From positions 19,654,001 through 19,718,000 of the forward strand of contig CM120640.1 of NCBI GenBank assembly GCA_051362555.1: a DNA stretch of 64,000 bases, written 5' to 3'. The first letter of the stretch is position 1; each line of letters opens with the position of its first letter. The position numbers and the translations under genes were made by a program. Positions 54,901 to 64,000 of the stretch are shown in pieces. This DNA comes from Lingula anatina (lineage: Eukaryota; Animalia; Brachiopoda). The notes under the pieces are model-generated. The model was given only the letters and a program-made list of their open reading frames with translations, did no database searches and was not told the DNA's origin.

Positions 54901-57900
54901 TTTCTATATTTGACATTCTTAGTTCTCTCTCTCTAATATTAATCGTAAACAAGCCAGACATCAAACTAATTTTTTACAATTCAATAATCACCTATCACGA
55001 CATTGTGTATAATGATCCTTTTCTCAGTTTGATACAAAATGTTAATCAAAACTAATTGCAGGCTGCAAGAAGAAAACAAACTTTCTAGATCTTTTAATTC
55101 TCTTAGACCAGCAAAACATATATTCCCCTTCACATAATTTTTAATATAATCTTTCAAAATTTTTACTCCTATTTACTCACCCACAATCAACGGTTGTCTA
55201 GTAAAGTACTTAACTAATACTGCTCCCCATACCAAGAACTGACACCAAAGGTCTCGCAACTGGTTTCAGGTACAAGTACACACAGCTGATTAAGGTGGAA
55301 ATATTAAACAGGCCACCAAATAGAACAAACAGACAACTGCTGCCAAGCTATACCAGGAGTCAGTGCAATTATATATTGATCCTACACACAATAACACACA
55401 CTGTCAGGAATCTGATTGGAATTACTTCCTAACACTTCCTACGCATTAAATAACTGACTGCATCAACTCTTTCATTAGATGAACTGTACCTGATAAGATG
55501 GCAACTTCGCACCATGGAATAAGAATAAAGTTAAGCATTTCTTCTGACGCACTGTTATTCTGCAAAGGCAAAACCAGCTCTGCTGATTTCAACTTGTCCC
55601 AGTGATCAGACAATCAATCTGGTTGAAGTCCATCTCTTTGCAATAATCAGGTGGACTGCTGCTGGGCTGACAACTCAGCTGCTGTTTAACACTCAGCGCC
55701 ACATATGTATTCCTCAAAGTATTAGGCAACAGATCGGATCAGAAAATATAAAACTATTCCACATTAATAATATTCTCTATAGCATTAGCTCTCCTATCAT
55801 CTTAATTAGCAACAAATCAATGCAGTTTAAAAACAGACCTGTGGATTGAGTGCATTTGTTTTTCCAATAAACAATGACATTTCAAACAACCAATTTTCCA
55901 ATACTCTTCCATCCTCCGGGAAGCCTGTAAAAACATCTCTCCTCATGTTGGATCTAAAATTCTTTCTACCAAAATGAAATAATTCTCACAACTTATTTTT
56001 CTGATATTTATACATACCGTTATAATATTACACTGTGAAGCTATGCATGTATTTTTTGTGTACATGGAGTGAGACAGGACTACCCTTACAGTATCAAATC
56101 AGACGAAAGAGGTCATTCCTATGGTAACAACTTTAACATGTAAACACAGTTGAACTCTGATTAAAGACTCCCTTTCCATGTTAAACACATATTAATACAG
56201 CTCACATTTGTAGCATAAAGGACAAACACACCTTTTAGAGGTCAAGAGATGCTGATACCACAGAGTAGCTATTCAATGCCAGGTTCAACTTGCACTCACT
56301 ACATTTGTATCCCTTCTTGGGGGTTCCAAATTGAATATTACCTTGCTTTCTAGAAAATCATGTGCAGCTGCGAATGTACAGTCATACAGATCACAGGCAA
56401 TGAATGCATGTATAGGGACAATATGCATACTACTTTTAACACAGCGTGATATGCTCACATGCTACATGAACCTGAATACTACATACAATCGTTTCAACAG
56501 ACTGGGATCAGTAGAAGTTACCTAAACATCACCTTATGTTCTCATCTCTGTCTATATTAAAAAAAGAAGAAATTATGTCACAGTGACAGTCCATATGGAA
56601 AAGAAGTATTACAGGCAGCTTCTTAGGGTGCTCTACACTTAATGTTGCCATTTGGCCAAATTTTGCTTAACGAAAAGACAGCTAATTTTTAACTGTTCAA
56701 TAATAAACACCAATCCTGTTCACCACATTAGTTGAAAGCAACAGAAAACAATACACTTAATCGGTCTCTCCATATTATATATGTATTTCAACAATCATTT
56801 CAGCTTATGATTAAGGAAAGTTTCATAGTCAAGTAAGAAATAGACTAGTCTTCGACCACCAGTGGGGGCTCATATTCCTTAGTCTACAAAATATGCACAC
56901 GCCTTTCTAAGTAGGTGAAAATAGGTACAACTACAGAAAGGGTCCATTTACATTTACAGTGTGAACAACAAAGAGAAAAGTCAAATGGATATTTTGCTTG
57001 GTTTACCACTATTCAATATCGCATATTTGGTTGTCAATTTATCTACTAGAACTTGTAATCCTGCTCATGCACAACAAACACACAATACCTGTCCCGGACT
57101 AAAGGTTGCAAAAGCCAAACAAACAAGCAAAGCACACATCTTGTGTACAAATTCTTAACACTTCTTTTTAATGAGCAGTGAGTAATACATTGTCTTCTGT
57201 GGTAGCGCTAGCAATTTTTTCACTTAGCCAAATCACTACTTTTTCATTACTTTTTTTTTGCAAATGATTTCAATTGACTAAAAGAAGTCAAATCAACCTT
57301 ACTTTGTTTAGCCAATTGAGGTCAGTTTAAGCATTTGGCTATATAGGCCACTGTTAGCGCTACCCCAAAGTCTTACTGACACTAATAAGAAAATGCACAA
57401 TGTAAGAAAGTGATAAAGCATATATTTTTGCATAGATTAGTCAAAATGTGGATTTCCAAAATAACATACATAACGCATCATCATGAATGATATGCGTCTA
57501 TGAATTATTACTTGTACATGGACCTCCATACCATTCTTAGTTCAAAAACATGACTACCACAAGTTTGCTTGCAGTTTCTAACTTGCAACTAGAGAAATTC
57601 ATGTCAAACTGGTTTCTCAAAACAAGCAATCTGTCAGCTATCCAGAGCTGCTACATCTTACCTCACCCAGTGTACAAATCAAGCTACCCAACATATATTC
57701 CCTTCACATCTGACTTGGCCAGATAACATGAGATGCTAAATGCTATCTATCCTCTGAGAGGCTTGCCCTATGCTGAATGTATACACTAGTATGCCATGTA
57801 CACAAGTAGGTATATGCAACATGGAATACAGCAATATAAGTAAATAACATTTACACAAAAACATTAAATAATAAAGCATTCATTGACTCAAACCACCGCC

Positions 57901-60900
57901 TGATGATAATCAGCTGTTACTTGTATTAATTAATTAATTAATTAATTAATTGTATTATATGGGCATGTGGAGAGCTGTAAAACTATTTCAATTCATTTAT
58001 ATTCAGTCAATCTTTGTTATCCAGCTGTTGATATCTATCCATTATCACCTATTTCATCTGGATTACTCATTAGAATTCATATATAGGAATTTCTTCCAAC
58101 AAACTGTATGAATGGTACATAAGATTTATACTAAGTTACATCTTTCCACAACAAGTTCTATATAGAAAATCCATCTATATCCAAGTTTCTACATTCAACA
58201 ACCAAGCTTGCTTGCCTGACTGGACATAAACATAAATTGACACTTGACAAAAATATCATAAATCTGTTATAGCGTGCAATAGATCACATATTGAAAAGAA
58301 CTTTTTCTTATGCAAATGACATTGTATTCAAGATCACATCAAAAGCACTCCTTGTGTGTCTTAGGGCTCATTGTCAATGAAACTCCCGGTTTACGTAAAT
58401 CGATCCAACTCCGTGGGGACTCTTTGCTGGATGCAATCATTTGGCAGATTAAAATGCCTCCTCCTGTCATTGAGTAGAACAGAAAAACTGGTGATTATAC
58501 AAGAAAGTTGGGAACAAGAGGACATGTTAATCAGTTAAACTGATTGCTTTCAGAGAGTGTCTCCAGGAAGTTGGATTGATCTACATAGACTGACAGTGTC
58601 TTTGGGAATGAGCCCTTACAGACCACTGTGTCAGGTGAAAAGGCAGTTAAATTAAGTTGGACTACATTACAATCTGCATGTCGATAAATGGTTTATTGGG
58701 CTTATTACTAAATTTCAAATAATCCAAAATCTACAGAACAAGCCTCTCAAAGCACAACATACCATGTCTGGCTAACTTGGTTTGCATTAAAATTTGGCAT
58801 GAATTCACTCAGACAATTCGCAAAAAAATGAGTATGAAATTATGTGGTAAATATACCTCAGGAATAAATCTCTGGGCAGTGAGTGTTGCAAAGAATCTTA
58901 ATGTGACTTACTGGAGACATGCATTGGTTATACAGGAAATCACAACAAAACCTGGAAGTTATTACTAGGAAATCACAATAATACCCTGATAATTTGAATT
59001 ATTTCTCATTTTCATGGAAACAAGTATACTATCTCCCACAGTTATAAGTACACAGTACATCCCAATGACTATATGTATAGAAATATAAATAGCAAAGCTT
59101 TGACAAATAACAAATTCTGACATTATGCCAACACATACACACACACACACACACATACACACACACTGTACATATATGAAGTTCCATGCCTACATCCATC
59201 AACATCAATTCTTAATAAGTTGAATATTTTATAACATCACAAAACAACATAGCATTTCATGCTTCTGACTTCCAACATTTCTTATTACAAAAAATTCATC
59301 TTACCAATACCACCATGTCCAAATAACAAGACTACAAGACTTAATTGTAGCCTTTACTTACTGTTAACAATATTAATTTTATCACCTAGACTTCGACCAT
59401 GGCTGATGCAGTCAGAAGCAGTCGTCCATTCAAATAAATTCTACAAGATGCTAAAATCCACAACAAGCATATTAGAATACTTAAATTATCTCAGTATTAA
59501 TATAAATCACATCAAAGAACAGATGAAAATCTTCAATGAACAGTGCCCTGCACAATATGTGGCAAACAGTCCAAAAAGTCTGCAAAAATGGCATCCGCTC
59601 CCCCTAGTAGTATTTGTATCAGTGACCTCTCTTTACTTAAAGTCTCACCAGATATCTCTTTCTTTGCTGAAAAAAGTTCAAAGTTATCCCTTTCTTTCTG
59701 CACAGTATCATTCAGTCATTCTTTCTCTTTTTTAATATTGCAAGTGAAGTAAAAAAGAAATTCCATTGCTATATAGGCGAAAGCAAAATATATATCAGGC
59801 ACTTCAAATATAACATTAGTTTCCCTTAAAAGAGAACCTGTACTTCTATGTTGGCTTGGGAGCTAAAAAAAAAAAAAAAAAACTAGGAAATATACGCAGG
59901 AAATCTAGAAAGATTATCAAATTGCAGTCTCTAATTCTGAAGAACCTCTGTGAATAATGCAAACTAAAAACCCTAATAAAAAGAAAATGTTAGCTTGTTG
60001 CTTTCTGTGAATCAATCCATGATGAACTCACGCTCTATATATCCCATCCTGTGGAGTAAAATCAATTAACTGTGGAAAAAATAATACATTAATCTGTCAT
60101 CTTGTACTTTAACATGATGCAGCTCTGAAGTCGTGCAGCACATAAAACGATACAATCTTCAATACACATCTATTAAGACTCTCCCTTCACTACAGTTCAT
60201 TTGAATTAGCAAATATATATATCTATAAGCTAATAATTCCTGGCACACAAAGTATTTCTAAGGTACTGCACACAGAAGTTGAGCAGAAACCTTTATGCTT
60301 GATGGCGAAGAGCCATGATAGAAAAATAAAAAATATCACAAACTGAATCAGAGTCACTTCAACAAAATGTGGAACTTGCTCATGAGAATGTCACAAGGGG
60401 AAAAACAACTAATGCATAATAATGAATCATGAACACTGCACAGAAAAAAAAAAAAGGATTTGTAATTGTATCTTGTTACAAAAAATTAAAAGAACACTGG
60501 CTTCCAAAATTGTAAAAACCCTCTTTGACAAAGCCCAACAGCTTTTCCTTATGGTAACTGTGCTGCAAGCTTGTAATCTCTTTTCACATTATGTGGGGGA
60601 AAATCCCAGTTCTATTTATAGCAACAAGAATGGGTCTACCTGAAACTCTCCTCTGCAAACTACCCAGTTTGATGCCATTTGAAAACACTCCAAAACGCTG
60701 CTTCAATTTGACCAAGGCACAATACTGTCTTTCCAGCCACAAAGACTTCAATGATGCTACCAAAAACTTACCTGGCATAAAGACATATATCCATCATTAT
60801 CTATGAAATAAATTATACCAAGGCAGGCAGTCTGTCTGATTGAATGTTTTGTTCAGAATGAGTTTTTCTAAAAGCTCTCTGATACAAGCAACTTCTGATG

Positions 60901-62991
60901 GCATATTCAGAAATTCGAAAAAAGGGTTACAAGTTCAAAAGCAATTCCAGTTAACAGTTGGGAACTAAGGGACCATTTCCTGACACTATCGTACTAAGTT
61001 CTGTGGATCGATCTATCTCAGAGGGGATTCTCGCTAAAATGCTATCAACTTAAGCAGCTTAAATATCTGCCACGTCTACTTAAGCTGCTAGCAGGTAACT
61101 ATCCTTTACCAGCTTCAGTTGGCATGCCGAACAACTTAGCTGCTTAAGCTGAAAGCAATTTCATGAGAAACTCCTTGGAGATGGATCGATCCTGTTAGAA
61201 CCATCTAGGCATGGGAACCCATTCTTAGACAAAATCAAATCCCAGCTTATCTGACCAAACAAAAATAACATTCCTTACAGCTTATTTCTCCTACACATGA
61301 AATATCTTTTGATGTATGAAATGAAGTGTGCAAATGAAATAAATACCTTACAATCAACAGTATCAATGTTACAAAAAAGAGATGACCAACCTTGTTGTCA
61401 TGAACACTAAATATCAGTCACAAACATTTACAAAGAATTTTCAGACCCGTCGTAGAGCAATTATAAATATGCTAAAACATTATTTCCTACAGATTGCACT
61501 TCAATGATATATAATGCCATATATTTCAACATATCTGTCCATTCTTTTTGCATTTATACAAACACCACAATGAATATTAGAATATTTACCAATGAACTCT
61601 CCAAATAAAAATCTGTAATTTTCCTTGTGAGATAAATAGCTATCTGTTGATTAATCTTAGCTGATCATAAGACATAATTATATAAGTGGCTGCAGATAAT
61701 TATAGCATAAATTGCTGTAGCTATTACTAAATGTCCACATACTTCAAACCAATCGTCCTAACACTTTATCAATGTTTCTCTTCTAGTTGAAAATTGTCTC
61801 TAATCAAATAATCAATTAATATGTTTACTAGTACATATTATATCAAATAACTTATCAGATAGCAATGAAATCAGTTTAACTTGTTACATCATGATAAATA
61901 TACTTACTAAACTGCTATTAATCTTTTTTTAGACATCATTGTTAAGGATGTACCAAGACTGCCTCCAACTTGGTTGTTCAAATAACATAACCTATCATTC
62001 TTCTCAATTTTTTGTATATACCATTGACAAATCATAACTAAGCTTGAAAATACTGAAACTCACCTGATATAAATTTGCTTCAGTGCTTGAGACGCATTGC
62101 TGCAAGACTTGGGAATGTGGAACAGTTCTTGAATCTCCTCCCAGCGAAATTCATCATTCACCTATTCATAAAATGTATAATTTCGACATAATCCAAATCC
62201 AAAAAATATTTCACATCTTAACACTTTTACTTTAATCAATTGTAATAAGTGCCCTTGTTAAATGAGCAGCCAGATGTGTGAACTGATGAAGAAAATAACG
62301 AAATAAACATATGACTTTGCACTGGCAATATGGGACTTTTTATTAGGGACACCCCTTCATTTCATGTCCACTTGAACAGTTGCAATACAGATACCCATCA
62401 ATGTGGGATGAGTAACACTTCGCCTAAACATAAACAAACACTGCACAGCTGCTTTTATTGGTGATACCTTTGTCCAATGTAGTACACACTGTATTCCAAC
62501 ATCACTATCTAACCCAAACTGCTACCCCATCTTTCACAGTAATTGAAAACTCAAACACTACACTACAGAATGCAAATTGAAAGTGACCCCTTTTTACAAT
62601 GTTACACTGGTTACACCACTACTATCAAATATATCTCACCGATTAGGTAAACTGATATTAATAAGCGTAAATTTGGAGGTAAATTCAAAAGACAGTCCAT
62701 GCGTACCTTATTCCAGCCTCCCATGGCAGTGACTTTGCTGTATAAAAGATAAAGGTCCACTGCCTTTCCTCCAATATACGGCATTTTTGAAAACGGCGAC
62801 CTGTGTCATAAAGAAAGCAATTCAATTAAGCTGAACAATAAAGTGATTCCCAAATCGGCAAACTTACGATAAAAATAGAAATAGAATCGTTGAGCTTACC
62901 CGCGGTTGACGTGAAACTCCTGCAACTCCTTGATAAAACAGGAATACTCCCTCCGGTAAGTCTCTGGGTCTTTGTCTAAAATCTTCGCCAT
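39978..62991 (-). CDS. ARID2: AT-rich interactive domain-containing protein 2 (BAF200, PBAF subunit): ARID, armadillo-like region, RFX-type winged helix, long disordered region, C2H2 zinc fingers; 22 exons, ~1715 aa
   Basis: Exons (minus): 62991-62900, 62800-62707, 62161-62064, 52904-52741, 52113-51895, 51509-51442, 51247-51175, 51020-50926, 50789-50713, 50419-50338, 49640-49544, 49307-49098, 48781-48611, 48044-47936, 47624-47490, 47273-47164, 44993-44808, 44263-41785, 41491-41362, 41027-40845, 40489-40398, 40161-39978. Total 5148 nt, in frame. Peptides: [124 protein letters not shown]. Confidence 0.96.
45364..46858. mobile_element. HINE/DINE-1-like element, copy 2 (composite/nested), in ARID2 intron 16
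   Basis: Same termini as the copy at 12939-14995 (AACAAGGCAGCAAAGCTGTCAAATGTACAGACA ... ATGTACAGACACATCTGTGTCTGTACATAAAAAA). It shares internal modules and carries an extra internal terminal module at ~45620-45961 ending in a truncated hairpin. Confidence 0.8.
50011..50104. repeat. Degenerate ~46-bp tandem duplication in ARID2 intron 10
   Basis: Two units each begin AGTTTCCTGTA and end TTGTGTGGGCAAA. Confidence 0.65.
57197..57368. mobile_element. MITE, ~172 bp, copy 2 (ARID2 intron 3)
   Basis: CTGTGGTAGCGCTAGCAATTTTTTCACTTAGCCAAATC...ATTTGGCTA...TGTTAGCGCTACCCCA; collinear with 31832-32004. Confidence 0.85.
57926..57951. repeat. (TTAA)n microsatellite
   Basis: Read directly; a self-complementary tetranucleotide run. 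Confidence 0.85.
59130..59166. repeat. (CA)n microsatellite
   Basis: Read directly. Confidence 0.9.
61005..61192. mobile_element. Fold-back/palindromic MITE-like element, ~188 bp, in ARID2 intron 3
   Basis: The left arm GGATCGATCTATCTCAGAGGGGATTCTCGCTAAAATGCTATCAACTTAAGCAGCT matches the reverse complement of the right arm (GGATCGATCCATCTCCAAGGAGTTTCTCATGAAATTGCTTTCAGCTTAAGCAGCT) over ~55 bp. Confidence 0.7.
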
Positions 62992-63416
62992 TGTAACGAA
63001 TTCTTTGCACTAAGACTGGTATAGTTATCCCGATCTTTACATGTGTTCACTTAAAGTTTATAAACTCGCTTTCACAACACCACCCGTGCTCTAAAATCGG
63101 GTTGAAATAATGGGAAAATCCTCGGGTCTGAGGGGGAATCCTCTCAGGGACACCCTTCTTTTCCAGCTAGATTTAATCCCTTTCTCCTAATTTTCAAATA
63201 AATAAAGCTGATCCAAGTTGAGGATCACTCTTTCAAAATCCATACTGCGTCGACCGTTCCTTCATACAGCCTCAGATAGGCTGATTAAGCCCCATCGTAT
63301 TAACCATATGAGAATCGCAGTCACAGAATCGTAACAAAAAACATAATGAACATGCCGAAAAGCAATTGTGCGGTAGAGGGGGTGCCTTTCTAATGAGAAA
63401 TCGTCAGGAAGACTGA

Positions 63417-63428
63417 CAAAATGGCGGC
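63417..63428 (+). promoter_or_regulatory. YY1-type promoter motif CAAAATGGCGGC upstream of ARID2
   Basis: Matches the established YY1 consensus, in a CpG-enriched region ~430 bp upstream of the ARID2 ATG. As an ORF, the ATG gives only MAAPLK*. Confidence 0.5.
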
Positions 63429-63974
63429 GCCCTTGAAATGATAGAGTGAAACAAAAGAAGCAAATCGCTCCCTTCCATATTGCCTTGAGGTGTTACATTT
63501 TATCCTTTGCCTTTTTTATTGGATCAAAAATATGGTTTCTATCAAAATAAATACGAGGAATGTCTAGGGGCTTTAATATGAGAATTGGGAGCAAAGGTCT
63601 TTGTTTCGCGCGTGATAATGCCACACCTAAACTTTCATTTTTCCTCAAGGACATCAATCCCTATATTCTAAGTTGAGAAACATGCTTAACTAAGGCAGGG
63701 TTGTTATTCTCCTCTGTTTATTTCTTTGTAGATTTAAAATATTTCAACACGAAATAAGTAGGTCAATAGGTCAGCTGATAGTCATGTGACATAATCAAAC
63801 TTGCTCCACACTGCCAGAAGTGTCGTGATGTTGAAACCGTCGACATCTATTTTTCTGGTGATACTGTTAAGTTGGTCAAATAAACCAGCTGCAGGACTTG
63901 GTTTGAAAAGTGGCAATGGGATTTCTAAACAAATAAATATACGCAGGTGGAGGCACTTGGATCCAGAAATCGAT

Positions 63975-63983
63975 ATGAATGCG
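63975..63983 (+). CDS. Possible first coding exon (ATG AAT GCG) of a gene divergent from ARID2 that continues beyond the window
   Basis: ATG-AAT-GCG is immediately followed by a consensus donor GTAAGT at 63984. It cannot be verified within the window. Confidence 0.3.
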
Positions 63984-64000
63984 GTAAGTTTTTGGATGTT

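Noticed and set aside
59259-59735. 158-aa plus-strand ORF in ARID2 intron 3
   Set aside because: Leu/Ile/Ser-rich composition typical of random AT-rich DNA, with no domain motif and no splice partners found.
63421-63441. ATGGCGGCGCCC as the start of a gene
   Set aside because: It stops after six codons with no splice donor, and is better explained as a YY1 promoter motif.

Overview
AT-rich eukaryotic genomic DNA with GT-AG spliceosomal introns, most likely from a marine invertebrate (a lophotrochozoan-like genome; this is inference). I reconstructed five protein-coding genes by hand from splice sites and reading-frame continuity. (1) An uncharacterised 5-exon, ~357-aa gene on the minus strand, whose C-terminus has short TEY..R(Y/F) motifs typical of ciliary microtubule-inner proteins. 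(2) An intronless 681-aa ITIH-like VIT+vWA protein with a signal peptide, a furin site and a GPI-like tail. (3) DENND5 (22 exons, ~1313 aa). (4) Mitochondrial HINT2 (5 exons, ~175 aa). (5) ARID2/BAF200 (22 exons, ~1715 aa). The genes alternate in orientation, with short shared promoters and face-to-face poly(A) signals. The introns carry two copies of a modular Helentron-associated (HINE/DINE-1-like) element, several small MITEs and microsatellites. I found no prokaryotic-type system, CRISPR array, rRNA or tRNA, and I cannot claim a new biological system. The best leads are the membrane-tethered intronless ITIH, the orphan candidate ciliary gene sharing its promoter, a possible frame-coupled micro-exon pair in DENND5, a decayed duplicated half-exon in DENND5, and the modular/nested HINE elements.
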